Of a stretch of DNA of 64,000 nucleotides, positions 12,470-24,100 are shown piece after piece. The stretch is taken from the NCBI GenBank assembly GCA_964016885.1, contig OZ024755.1:35836001-35900000 (forward strand), in the 5' to 3' direction. This stretch comes from Eledone cirrhosa. Its lineage: Eukaryota. A program made the translations under genes and the position numbers. Position 1 is the stretch's first letter; the number at the start of each line of letters is the position of its first letter. Under the pieces are notes generated by a model, which had not been told where the DNA came from, did no database searches, and saw only the letters and a list, made by a program, of their open reading frames with translations.

Positions 12470-14206
12470 ATGGACGGAATTTTCACATCTCATCCTAACG
12501 TGAAAGCCACGCCCCCTAAGAAAGGTGATACAGAGAAGCTAGAAGCACAAGGCTCTAAGTCTTCCCTCCTCACTTCTGCAAAAGAAACATGGAACACGGA
12601 ATTAAAAGAAAAATTTGTAGAAATGGGTGAAAACCCAGAAAGTCACATAAACGCAGACAAAAACATCAACGACAATAACAGCAATAGTCACAACACCAAC
12701 CAAGGAAAAAATAACGATAACACCAAACAAAGTGAACCCACTACTGGTACCTCCTTTGCACAGGCGGTCCGGAAAACACAAACCTGCAAGCAACTGGACA
12801 TTACAACTCTGAGAGAAAAGATGAAGGAAGCGAAACAGTATGTAACTTTCAAAGAAGGAGGAGACTTCACAATCACCTCCCCACAAGAAATCAAAAGAGA
12901 CACGACGCTAAGAACGATATCTTTCAGAACAATTTCCAACATAACAAGGAAACCAACTCAATTATCCCAAAAAGAGATTGAGCTGGTCCTAAAAAATGTG
13001 TGGAGTGATATATCGTTCATACAAAAAGGGCCACTCTATGGGAATATAACGGTCCTAATGAAGGATCAATTGACGGCCAGGAAATACTCTGTGGCACCAA
13101 TTGTTTCCAAGATATATACATTTTTCCCCACATATTTAGGGAAAAGAACGCAGAAGATAAGGGTCTCCGGAATCCGGCCAAATGCATGCATTTCCTGGGT
13201 ACTAACAGGATTTTTAGAAGACGAGGACGGAATCCTCTCAGTAGGAGAAGTCACCACAGACGTTTTCGGCGGTTTGAGCGTGGAGGTTCTGGTCCAAATG
13301 AGACCAGAACGAATCGCTAGAATACCACAGAGGGTGTCCCTCGATGGAGAAACATTTATATATATTTCAGCCGAGGGTAGGAGGCCCATATGTTACTACT
13401 GTTCAAGCAGGGGTCATCTAAGGGCTGCTTGTCCTCAATTGACAAAAAAAAAGGCTCTTTTGCCTACACCCCACACACCACCACCGCCACCACCACCACC
13501 ACCTCCACCACCACCACCACAACAACAACAAAAACAACAGGGAAAAATAACACAAGACACGGCCCCACCCAAAACAACTCCCAAAACACACACAAATACA
13601 ACAAAACCCCAAAATACACCACTACCCGACAGCACGGACGAGGACCCAGCGGAAACGGCACCTAGTGACGAAGAGGGGGAACCCTTCCAACCTGTAAAAA
13701 GGAAAAAAAGAAAGCACCACTCGAACATAAACGAAACAAACACACAACCACCAACAAAAACAAAACAAACAGAACAAACAAAATCCGCCCCACCCCAAAA
13801 CATAACACATACAACAAAACGTAAGCACACACAAGAACAACAAACAAACACAACACAAATAAAACAGTATACATACATTAACACAAATAACAAAGAACTA
13901 GTAAAAACAATACACAAAGACCCTTTGGTGGAAACTGAAGGGCAATTCTTTGCAAGCGCGGCCAACAAACCGCATTTAAAAATGATAAGACTCCCAATGG
14001 ACACCTATGCAAAACTAAGAGAGAACTTTCCTGAGGACGTGGGGAAAACATGTACTCGACCCTATAACCGCGTCCTCTTGAAACGTTTCCCCACCCACAC
14101 CTCACCAAACACCCCCACTCCACCACAGAACAACACCCCACCAAACAACCCCTCCAATACGCCCATGGATATTGTGCAACCTGCTCCTCAGGAGCCGAAC
14201 AGGTAG
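12470..14206 (+). CDS. LINE ORF1 nucleic-acid-binding protein (578 aa from first ATG; frame open from 12377)
   Basis: SFAQAV motif, CX2CX4HX4C knuckle CYYCSSRGHLRAAC, polyproline run, basic KRKKRK; position upstream of ORF2. Confidence 0.88.
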   Translation: MDGIFTSHPNVKATPPKKGDTEKLEAQGSKSSLLTSAKETWNTELKEKFVEMGENPESHINADKNINDNNSNSHNTNQGKNNDNTKQSEPTTGTSFAQAVRKTQTCKQLDITTLREKMKEAKQYVTFKEGGDFTITSPQEIKRDTTLRTISFRTISNITRKPTQLSQKEIELVLKNVWSDISFIQKGPLYGNITVLMKDQLTARKYSVAPIVSKIYTFFPTYLGKRTQKIRVSGIRPNACISWVLTGFLEDEDGILSVGEVTTDVFGGLSVEVLVQMRPERIARIPQRVSLDGETFIYISAEGRRPICYYCSSRGHLRAACPQLTKKKALLPTPHTPPPPPPPPPPPPPPQQQQKQQGKITQDTAPPKTTPKTHTNTTKPQNTPLPDSTDEDPAETAPSDEEGEPFQPVKRKKRKHHSNINETNTQPPTKTKQTEQTKSAPPQNITHTTKRKHTQEQQTNTTQIKQYTYINTNNKELVKTIHKDPLVETEGQFFASAANKPHLKMIRLPMDTYAKLRENFPEDVGKTCTRPYNRVLLKRFPTHTSPNTPTPPQNNTPPNNPSNTPMDIVQPAPQEPNR

Positions 14207-14227
14207 GTCCTTCCTCTTTTAACCAAC

Positions 14228-17200
14228 ATGGCTGATATAAGAGTTGGGTTTCTGAATGTACGTGGCCTGGGACTGTCTTGGAAACAAGGCAAACTTTTAA
14301 ACGATCTCAGGTCACATAGAATGGATGTAATGGCTATTTGCGAGTCCAGGATCAGCAGCGAGCACCAACTGGCGCCCCTCTTCGACGACTTTGAGATCTT
14401 CGCATCTCTCTGTCAACCGGGGGGTGGGGGTGGAGTTGTCGTTCTGCTGCGAAAACACCTGGGCCTCGCCATACAGAAGGTGCACCTGGACCCGGAGGGT
14501 CGACTGGTGGTTTTAGACGTCGGCAGTAGTGAAAGTGGAGCCCTTAGACTAATAGCTGTGTACGCCCCTTTTTGGGCAGCGCGGCCGGAATACTTCCAAC
14601 GTCTGGAAACTTTTCTGGGAACGTCCCGCTCCTTGCTTTTAGTGGGGGACTGGAATGGTATCCTGGATGCACGTTGGGACTATGTAGGGGCATGTGCCAA
14701 TAGAGGGGGGTGTAAAAGCCTCAAAAGGTTAATCGGCCGATTTGACCTGGCCGATAGATATCGACTAGATTTTCCGACTGTACCACTATGGACGTGGACC
14801 AATCGCAGTGGAACATCTAGGTCGTACCTAGATAGGGTCCTAGTTAGAGAGAACGATAGGGACACATTTAGCTGTCCAAAAATGTTCATGGTTGACTATT
14901 CGGATCACAAGTTAGTGACCTGCATAGCCAACCTTGATAGAACCCATAGACAGGGACCCGGTTACTGGAAGCTGAACTTGTCCTTACCGAGAAGCAAAGC
15001 TTACAGTAAACGGATTAGCACGTTAGTTAAGCAGAATTTGACAGGAGCAATTGTCAACAACAGGTGGTGGAGCTCTCTTAAGAGAGCAATTAGAATAGAA
15101 TCGATAGGTTTTAGTCAGGAATTAGCAAGGGATAGGAACAAGACGGAAAGGGAATTAGTAGATAGAGTAGAAGAGGCGATTAGGAGTGGCAATGTAGCCG
15201 GCGTGCTGGCATCAAGAATGGCCTTAGACCAGTTCTTTGAGGTGAAGCATGAAGGCTGCGTTGTCAGGAGTAAAATACGTGCTCTGGGTAATGAGGGAGC
15301 CAAAGCTGTAAGCTGGGCCCGAGTGACAGAGGCAAAAAGTGGGAACAAGTCCACGATTCGGTCTTTGAAGGACCAGGATGGGCGTGTGATCCTTGAACCT
15401 GGGCAGATGTGTGCGGCCTTTCAGCGGCACTTTGCACGACTGTTCGAGAGGGGCGGCGCGCCGGGTGAGACTATGGATTTCAATCCATACCTCGACGGTC
15501 TGCCGCGCCTCTCGGACGCGGAGGCGAAGTCCTGCGAAAGGACGATTTCAGCTGCTGAGATAGGGGCGGCGCTGAGCCAATGCGGCAAACGCAAATCCCC
15601 GGGTCTCGATGGTCTACCATACGAGCTATATGTAGCGATGCCGGACTTGTTCTCCGATATCCTCGAAGCGGTCTACTGCAACTGGCAGCAGAACGGGAGA
15701 ATTCCCAGTTCTGTGACCAAGGGCGTAGTTACGCTGGTGAGGAAGGATGAGAACAAGGGGGATGACATAAGTAACTTCAGGCCCATAACTCTGCTAAATA
15801 CAGAGTTAAAGATTTTGGCCAAGGTGTTAGCGAAGAGGTTGGCGCTTGTCGTTGGAAACCTGGTGGGAGAAGCGCAGACATGCGCAATCCCGTCCAGGTC
15901 CATTCACGACAATCTCCACCTTATGCGATACATCATAGAGAGGGTAGGGAATGAACCCGGCTTTGGTGGGGCCCTGATCAACTTGGATCAATCTAAAGCT
16001 TTCGATAGGGTTGACCATCGTTACCTGGATGCGGTGCTCGCGGCGGCAGGCTTCGGACCCGTTTTCAGGGGTTGGATTGCTGCGATGCACAGCAGCAACG
16101 TCTGCTCAAGGGTCAAGGTGAACGGCCACCTCTCGGAGCCGTTCCAAATCATGCGATCCATCCGACAGGGATGCCCTCTCTCCTCCCTACTGTATGTGCT
16201 GGCTCTTGAGCCACTACTGCGGAAGTTGGAGCGGTTGCAGGGCATCCCTTTGGAACCGGGATTGCAGAAAGCGGCGTCGGCCTACGCCGATGACGTGACA
16301 GTAATGGTGTCGAAAACCTCGCAAATCGGTGAGATCGGCACCTTACTGGAGGAATATGAAAGGTTTACAGGAGCCAAGCTGAACCGGGACAAGTCCGTCG
16401 GTTTGCAACTCGGAACATGGAGAGGCAAACCGATGCCCTCCAACGACGTCGTCGGACGCTGGACGGAGGGCCCGGTGAAGCTGCTTGGGGTCTGGTTCGG
16501 ACCAGACCTCCAGGTGGAGAAAAACTGGAACGAGGTAACGGCCAGGGTGTTTGCACTCACCCAGAAGTGGGCCCAGTGCAAACTATCCCTGAAAGGTCGA
16601 GCGGAGGTGGCGAATACTTATATAGCATCCGTCATCTACTACCGCTTGACCGTCGTGCCTTGCCCAGTGAAAAGACTCGCCAAAATGGAGTGCGCGCTGT
16701 TCCAATTTCTTTGGAACAAGCGGACCCCTTTGGTGAGGAGATCCATCTGCTGTCAACACCCTTCGAAAGGAGGGCTGGGGATGCCGTGGCTACAGATGCG
16801 TAAACACGCATTAAGGCTACGGCACCTCCAGGTATTCCTCACCGGTCAACCGGTGTGGGCCCCGTTTGTGAGGCGAGCCTTTCCCAGACTCGTCTCGCTC
16901 ACCGAGCTGCAATCCTGGGTCAAGCAAAGACCGAGAAAAGTGGGCGACTGGCACATTGAATGTGCCCAGGCGCTCACGGCCCTCTGGAAAGCGGACCCGG
17001 CAATCAGTGGAGACTCCACCTCGACATTCTATAGAGGGTTGGTACGCAGCAGGTGCGACGATGCTCTCGGAGAAGCTCTAGGCATGGAGGAAGATGAACT
17101 GGCCAGTCTGTTCGGTGGGACGTTTGGCCCTGGACCGATGGACAACTTCCAAAAGTCCCTGGCTTGGCAGTGCTACCGAGGGGCTCTACCCGTTCGAGAC

Positions 17201-17665
17201 AAGCTCCACAGACATGGGAGCCTGGGTAGAGATCCTTTGAATAAGATCTGTCCGAGATGCGTGCATGATGACGAAACCGTTGCGCACGCATTCGTACACT
17301 GCCCAGGCATTGCTGACCTGTGGGGCTATGTGGAACGACTACTGTCGAGGGTGGGACCAATCCGGTTGACCACCGAGTCCATTGTCACGATCAAACCGCC
17401 TCCCCCTTTCAAAAACGAAGGAGAGGCGGTTTTTCTCTGTGTGGTAGCCATGGCTAAAGAAGTTGTATGGTGGACGAGGCTGAAAGGGCTGAGGTCAGAC
17501 ACCTTTCTCTCCGGCCAACAACTGGTCCCCTTTTTCAAATACCATTTTAAAAGAAGGATCAGAATGGAGAGAGAGGTGCTCTACCCCAGCAAGTTTTATG
17601 AAAGGTGGGTGAAAGTAGGGAGAATGGCCAGAGTGAATGGGTCTTCTCTCTATATCAGCCTGTAG
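14228..17665 (+). CDS. LINE ORF2: APE endonuclease, reverse transcriptase and C-terminal CCHC (1145 aa)
   Basis: APE motifs LNVRGL, ES, VYAP, GDWN, YLDRV, SDH; GPGYWKLN; RT motifs KSPGLDG, FRPITLLN, DQSKAFDRV, RQGCPLS, YADD; CPRC-X8-H-X4-C. Confidence 0.97.
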   Translation: MADIRVGFLNVRGLGLSWKQGKLLNDLRSHRMDVMAICESRISSEHQLAPLFDDFEIFASLCQPGGGGGVVVLLRKHLGLAIQKVHLDPEGRLVVLDVGSSESGALRLIAVYAPFWAARPEYFQRLETFLGTSRSLLLVGDWNGILDARWDYVGACANRGGCKSLKRLIGRFDLADRYRLDFPTVPLWTWTNRSGTSRSYLDRVLVRENDRDTFSCPKMFMVDYSDHKLVTCIANLDRTHRQGPGYWKLNLSLPRSKAYSKRISTLVKQNLTGAIVNNRWWSSLKRAIRIESIGFSQELARDRNKTERELVDRVEEAIRSGNVAGVLASRMALDQFFEVKHEGCVVRSKIRALGNEGAKAVSWARVTEAKSGNKSTIRSLKDQDGRVILEPGQMCAAFQRHFARLFERGGAPGETMDFNPYLDGLPRLSDAEAKSCERTISAAEIGAALSQCGKRKSPGLDGLPYELYVAMPDLFSDILEAVYCNWQQNGRIPSSVTKGVVTLVRKDENKGDDISNFRPITLLNTELKILAKVLAKRLALVVGNLVGEAQTCAIPSRSIHDNLHLMRYIIERVGNEPGFGGALINLDQSKAFDRVDHRYLDAVLAAAGFGPVFRGWIAAMHSSNVCSRVKVNGHLSEPFQIMRSIRQGCPLSSLLYVLALEPLLRKLERLQGIPLEPGLQKAASAYADDVTVMVSKTSQIGEIGTLLEEYERFTGAKLNRDKSVGLQLGTWRGKPMPSNDVVGRWTEGPVKLLGVWFGPDLQVEKNWNEVTARVFALTQKWAQCKLSLKGRAEVANTYIASVIYYRLTVVPCPVKRLAKMECALFQFLWNKRTPLVRRSICCQHPSKGGLGMPWLQMRKHALRLRHLQVFLTGQPVWAPFVRRAFPRLVSLTELQSWVKQRPRKVGDWHIECAQALTALWKADPAISGDSTSTFYRGLVRSRCDDALGEALGMEEDELASLFGGTFGPGPMDNFQKSLAWQCYRGALPVRDKLHRHGSLGRDPLNKICPRCVHDDETVAHAFVHCPGIADLWGYVERLLSRVGPIRLTTESIVTIKPPPPFKNEGEAVFLCVVAMAKEVVWWTRLKGLRSDTFLSGQQLVPFFKYHFKRRIRMEREVLYPSKFYERWVKVGRMARVNGSSLYISL

Positions 17666-17902
17666 GTGAAAGAAGAGGAAAAAGCGGAGACGAGGGAAGC
17701 ACCTACTCTTTGTGCTCCTGAGGAGAAGGGTTACACATTTTTTCCGGGGTGTGTGCGACCCATGTTAATGCCCCCTCCCTATTGAGGACTTCGTTTGTTG
17801 TTGTTATTTCATTGTTATATTTTTGTACTCGTTAATTATATGTAAACTTCCCCCCTTGTATCTGTCCCTACCTTTTGTGCCCTAGTGGCAAATAAAGAAA
17901 CC

Positions 17903-19189
17903 ACTCTATATATACTATTGTATTTTCACAGTAAAGGCTTTACCTCACATAATATCTCACATAACATTTACATTACTCTATATATACTATTGTATTTTCA
18001 CAGTAAAGGCTTTACCTCACATAATATCTCACATAACATTTACATTACTCTATATATACTATTGTATTTTTATGGTAAAGGCTTTACCTCACATAATATC
18101 TCCCATAACATTTACATTACTCTATATATACTATTGTATTTTTATGGTAAAGGCTTTACCTCACATAATATCTCCCATAACATTTACATTACTCTATATA
18201 TACTATTGTATTTTCACAGTAAAGTCTTTACCTCACATAATATCTCACATAACATTTACATTACTCTATATATACTATTGTATTTTCACAGTAAAGGCTT
18301 TACCTCACATAATATCTCCCATAACATTTACATTACTCTCTATATACTATTGTATTTTCACAGTAAAGGCTTTACCTCACATAATATCTCCCATAACATT
18401 TACATTACTCTATATATACTATTGTATTTTTATGGTAAAGGCTTTACCTCACATAATACCTCACATAACATTTACGTTACTCTATATATACTATTGTATT
18501 TTCGCAGTAAAGGCTTTACCTCACATAATACCTCACATAACATTTACATTACTCTATATATACTATTGTATTTTCACAGTAAAGTCTTTACCTCACATAA
18601 TATCTCACATAACATTTACATTACTCTATATATACTATTGTATTTTCACAGTAAAGGCTTTACCTCACATAATACCTCACATAACATTTACATTACTCTA
18701 TATATACTATTGTATTTTTATGGTAAAGGCTTTACCTCACATAATATCTCACATAACATTTACATTACTCTATATATACCATTGTATTTTCACAGTAAAG
18801 GCTTTACCTCACATAATATCTCACATAACATTTACATTACTCTCTATATACTATTGTATTTTCACAGTAAAGGCTTTACCTCACATAATATCTCATAACA
18901 TTTACATTACTCTCTATATACTATTGTATTTTCACAGTAAAGGCTTTACCTCACATAATATCTCACATAACATTTACATTACTCTATATATACTATTGTA
19001 TTTTCACAGTAAAGGCTTTACCTCACATAATATCTCACATAACATTTACATTACTCTCTATATACTATTGTATTTTCACAGTAAAGGCTTTACCTCACAT
19101 AATATCTCACATAACATTTACATTACTCTATATATACTATTGTATTTTCACAGTAAAGGCTTTACCTCACATAATATCTCACATAACAT
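17903..19189 (+). repeat. 72-bp minisatellite, block 2 (about 18 units); duplicate of 10972-12258
   Basis: Same ordered rare variants as the end of block 1 (AAAGTCTTT, TTACGTTAC, TTCGCAGT, TATACCATT, 2-bp deletion). Confidence 0.95.
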
Positions 19190-19400
19190 CTCGTATACGA
19201 GAGACGTGTGTTGACGTGTGTGAACAAGCTCGGCTACCGAGTCGGATTTACTTACTCAAAAAGTGAGTTTTGATTAATTTTTTTATACTGTAATATACGT
19301 TAACCCCTTGCCTTGGTCGTCAAACTTTGAGTTTATTTATTTTCGCCCCTTTTTGGGGCGAATTTTCCAGTTAAAAATTTATTACGGCAAACTAATAGAA

Positions 19401-21137
19401 ATGGACGGAATTTTCACATCTCATCCTAACGTGAAAGCCACGCCCCCTAAGAAAGGTGATACAGAGAAGCTAGAAGCACAAGGCTCTAAGTCTTCCCTCC
19501 TCACTTCTGCAAAAGAAACATGGAACACGGAATTAAAAGAAAAATTTGTAGAAATGGGTGAAAACCCAGAAAGTCACATAAACGCAGACAAAAACATCAA
19601 CGACAATAACAGCAATAGTCACAACACCAACCAAGGAAAAAATAACGATAACACCAAACAAAGTGAACCCACTACTGGTACCTCCTTTGCACAGGCGGTC
19701 CGGAAAACACAAACCTGCAAGCAACTGGACATTACAACTCTGAGAGAAAAGATGAAGGAAGCGAAACAGTATGTAACTTTCAAAGAAGGAGGAGACTTCA
19801 CAATCACCTCCCCACAAGAAATCAAAAGAGACACGACGCTAAGAACGATATCTTTCAGAACAATTTCCAACATAACAAGGAAACCAACTCAATTATCCCA
19901 AAAAGAGATTGAGCTGGTCCTAAAAAATGTGTGGAGTGATATATCGTTCATACAAAAAGGGCCACTCTATGGGAATATAACGGTCCTAATGAAGGATCAA
20001 TTGACGGCCAGGAAATACTCTGTGGCACCAATTGTTTCCAAGATATATACATTTTTCCCCACATATTTAGGGAAAAGAACGCAGAAGATAAGGGTCTCCG
20101 GAATCCGGCCAAATGCATGCATTTCCTGGGTACTAACAGGATTTTTAGAAGACGAGGACGGAATCCTCTCAGTAGGAGAAGTCACCACAGACGTTTTCGG
20201 CGGTTTGAGCGTGGAGGTTCTGGTCCAAATGAGACCAGAACGAATCGCTAGAATACCACAGAGGGTGTCCCTCGATGGAGAAACATTTATATATATTTCA
20301 GCCGAGGGTAGGAGGCCCATATGTTACTACTGTTCAAGCAGGGGTCATCTAAGGGCTGCTTGTCCTCAATTGACAAAAAAAAAGGCTCTTTTGCCTACAC
20401 CCCACACACCACCACCGCCACCACCACCACCACCTCCACCACCACCACCACAACAACAACAAAAACAACAGGGAAAAATAACACAAGACACGGCCCCACC
20501 CAAAACAACTCCCAAAACACACACAAATACAACAAAACCCCAAAATACACCACTACCCGACAGCACGGACGAGGACCCAGCGGAAACGGCACCTAGTGAC
20601 GAAGAGGGGGAACCCTTCCAACCTGTAAAAAGGAAAAAAAGAAAGCACCACTCGAACATAAACGAAACAAACACACAACCACCAACAAAAACAAAACAAA
20701 CAGAACAAACAAAATCCGCCCCACCCCAAAACATAACACATACAACAAAACGTAAGCACACACAAGAACAACAAACAAACACAACACAAATAAAACAGTA
20801 TACATACATTAACACAAATAACAAAGAACTAGTAAAAACAATACACAAAGACCCTTTGGTGGAAACTGAAGGGCAATTCTTTGCAAGCGCGGCCAACAAA
20901 CCGCATTTAAAAATGATAAGACTCCCAATGGACACCTATGCAAAACTAAGAGAGAACTTTCCTGAGGACGTGGGGAAAACATGTACTCGACCCTATAACC
21001 GCGTCCTCTTGAAACGTTTCCCCACCCACACCTCACCAAACACCCCCACTCCACCACAGAACAACACCCCACCAAACAACCCCTCCAATACGCCCATGGA
21101 TATTGTGCAACCTGCTCCTCAGGAGCCGAACAGGTAG
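19401..21137 (+). CDS. LINE ORF1, copy 2
   Basis: Translation identical to copy 1. Confidence 0.88.
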   Translation: MDGIFTSHPNVKATPPKKGDTEKLEAQGSKSSLLTSAKETWNTELKEKFVEMGENPESHINADKNINDNNSNSHNTNQGKNNDNTKQSEPTTGTSFAQAVRKTQTCKQLDITTLREKMKEAKQYVTFKEGGDFTITSPQEIKRDTTLRTISFRTISNITRKPTQLSQKEIELVLKNVWSDISFIQKGPLYGNITVLMKDQLTARKYSVAPIVSKIYTFFPTYLGKRTQKIRVSGIRPNACISWVLTGFLEDEDGILSVGEVTTDVFGGLSVEVLVQMRPERIARIPQRVSLDGETFIYISAEGRRPICYYCSSRGHLRAACPQLTKKKALLPTPHTPPPPPPPPPPPPPPQQQQKQQGKITQDTAPPKTTPKTHTNTTKPQNTPLPDSTDEDPAETAPSDEEGEPFQPVKRKKRKHHSNINETNTQPPTKTKQTEQTKSAPPQNITHTTKRKHTQEQQTNTTQIKQYTYINTNNKELVKTIHKDPLVETEGQFFASAANKPHLKMIRLPMDTYAKLRENFPEDVGKTCTRPYNRVLLKRFPTHTSPNTPTPPQNNTPPNNPSNTPMDIVQPAPQEPNR

Positions 21138-21158
21138 GTCCTTCCTCTTTTAACCAAC

Positions 21159-24100
21159 ATGGCTGATATAAGAGTTGGGTTTCTGAATGTACGTGGCCTG
21201 GGACTGTCTTGGAAACAAGGCAAACTTTTAAACGATCTCAGGTCACATAGAATGGATGTAATGGCTATTTGCGAGTCCAGGATCAGCAGCGAGCACCAAC
21301 TGGCGCCCCTCTTCGACGACTTTGAGATCTTCGCATCTCTCTGTCAACCGGGGGGTGGGGGTGGAGTTGTCGTTCTGCTGCGAAAACACCTGGGCCTCGC
21401 CATACAGAAGGTGCACCTGGACCCGGAGGGTCGACTGGTGGTTTTAGACGTCGGCAGTAGTGAAAGTGGAGCCCTTAGACTAATAGCTGTGTACGCCCCT
21501 TTTTGGGCAGCGCGGCCGGAATACTTCCAACGTCTGGAAACTTTTCTGGGAACGTCCCGCTCCTTGCTTTTAGTGGGGGACTGGAATGGTATCCTGGATG
21601 CACGTTGGGACTATGTAGGGGCATGTGCCAATAGAGGGGGGTGTAAAAGCCTCAAAAGGTTAATCGGCCGATTTGACCTGGCCGATAGATATCGACTAGA
21701 TTTTCCGACTGTACCACTATGGACGTGGACCAATCGCAGTGGAACATCTAGGTCGTACCTAGATAGGGTCCTAGTTAGAGAGAACGATAGGGACACATTT
21801 AGCTGTCCAAAAATGTTCATGGTTGACTATTCGGATCACAAGTTAGTGACCTGCATAGCCAACCTTGATAGAACCCATAGACAGGGACCCGGTTACTGGA
21901 AGCTGAACTTGTCCTTACCGAGAAGCAAAGCTTACAGTAAACGGATTAGCACGTTAGTTAAGCAGAATTTGACAGGAGCAATTGTCAACAACAGGTGGTG
22001 GAGCTCTCTTAAGAGAGCAATTAGAATAGAATCGATAGGTTTTAGTCAGGAATTAGCAAGGGATAGGAACAAGACGGAAAGGGAATTAGTAGATAGAGTA
22101 GAAGAGGCGATTAGGAGTGGCAATGTAGCCGGCGTGCTGGCATCAAGAATGGCCTTAGACCAGTTCTTTGAGGTGAAGCATGAAGGCTGCGTTGTCAGGA
22201 GTAAAATACGTGCTCTGGGTAATGAGGGAGCCAAAGCTGTAAGCTGGGCCCGAGTGACAGAGGCAAAAAGTGGGAACAAGTCCACGATTCGGTCTTTGAA
22301 GGACCAGGATGGGCGTGTGATCCTTGAACCTGGGCAGATGTGTGCGGCCTTTCAGCGGCACTTTGCACGACTGTTCGAGAGGGGCGGCGCGCCGGGTGAG
22401 ACTATGGATTTCAATCCATACCTCGACGGTCTGCCGCGCCTCTCGGACGCGGAGGCGAAGTCCTGCGAAAGGACGATTTCAGCTGCTGAGATAGGGGCGG
22501 CGCTGAGCCAATGCGGCAAACGCAAATCCCCGGGTCTCGATGGTCTACCATACGAGCTATATGTAGCGATGCCGGACTTGTTCTCCGATATCCTCGAAGC
22601 GGTCTACTGCAACTGGCAGCAGAACGGGAGAATTCCCAGTTCTGTGACCAAGGGCGTAGTTACGCTGGTGAGGAAGGATGAGAACAAGGGGGATGACATA
22701 AGTAACTTCAGGCCCATAACTCTGCTAAATACAGAGTTAAAGATTTTGGCCAAGGTGTTAGCGAAGAGGTTGGCGCTTGTCGTTGGAAACCTGGTGGGAG
22801 AAGCGCAGACATGCGCAATCCCGTCCAGGTCCATTCACGACAATCTCCACCTTATGCGATACATCATAGAGAGGGTAGGGAATGAACCCGGCTTTGGTGG
22901 GGCCCTGATCAACTTGGATCAATCTAAAGCTTTCGATAGGGTTGACCATCGTTACCTGGATGCGGTGCTCGCGGCGGCAGGCTTCGGACCCGTTTTCAGG
23001 GGTTGGATTGCTGCGATGCACAGCAGCAACGTCTGCTCAAGGGTCAAGGTGAACGGCCACCTCTCGGAGCCGTTCCAAATCATGCGATCCATCCGACAGG
23101 GATGCCCTCTCTCCTCCCTACTGTATGTGCTGGCTCTTGAGCCACTACTGCGGAAGTTGGAGCGGTTGCAGGGCATCCCTTTGGAACCGGGATTGCAGAA
23201 AGCGGCGTCGGCCTACGCCGATGACGTGACAGTAATGGTGTCGAAAACCTCGCAAATCGGTGAGATCGGCACCTTACTGGAGGAATATGAAAGGTTTACA
23301 GGAGCCAAGCTGAACCGGGACAAGTCCGTCGGTTTGCAACTCGGAACATGGAGAGGCAAACCGATGCCCTCCAACGACGTCGTCGGACGCTGGACGGAGG
23401 GCCCGGTGAAGCTGCTTGGGGTCTGGTTCGGACCAGACCTCCAGGTGGAGAGAAACTGGAACGAGGTAACGGCCAGGGTGTTTGCACTCACCCAGAAGTG
23501 GGCCCAGTGCAAACTATCCCTGAAAGGTCGAGCGGAGGTGGCGAATACTTATATAGCATCCGTCATCTACTACCGCTTGACCGTCGTGCCTTGCCCAGTG
23601 AAAAGACTCGCCAAAATGGAGTGCGCGCTGTTCCAATTTCTTTGGAACAAGCGGACCCCTATGGTGAGGAGATCCATCTGCTGTCAACACCCTTCGAAAG
23701 GAGGGCTGGGGATGCCGTGGCTACAGATGCGTAAACACGCATTAAGGCTACGGCACCTCCAGGTATTCCTCACCGGTCAACCGGTGTGGGCCCCGTTTGT
23801 GAGGCGAGCCTTTCCCAGACTCGTCTCGCTCACCGAGCTGCAATCCTGGGTCAAGCAAAGACCGAGAAAAGTGGGCGACTGGCACATTGAATGTGCCCAG
23901 GCGCTCACGGCCCTCTGGAAAGCGGACCCGGCAATCAGTGGAGACTCCACCTCGACATTCTATAGAGGGTTGGTACGCAGCAGGTGCGACGATGCTCTCG
24001 GAGAAGCTCTAGGCATGGAGGAAGAGGAACTGGCCAGTCTGTTCGGTAGGACGTTTGGCCCTGGACCGATGGACAACTTCCAAAAGTCCCTGGCTTGGCA

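Larger units (their letters stand above)
12259..17900 (+). mobile_element. Full-length Tx1/L1-group non-LTR retrotransposon, copy 1
   Basis: 5' UTR, ORF1, 21-bp spacer, ORF2 and 3' UTR ending GTGGCAAATAAAGAAA; sharp boundaries against the satellite. Confidence 0.95.

Noticed and set aside
12602-17538. Many antisense and overlapping ORFs within the LINE
   Set aside because: Shadows of the A/C-skewed ORF1 and GC-rich ORF2; no recognisable motifs
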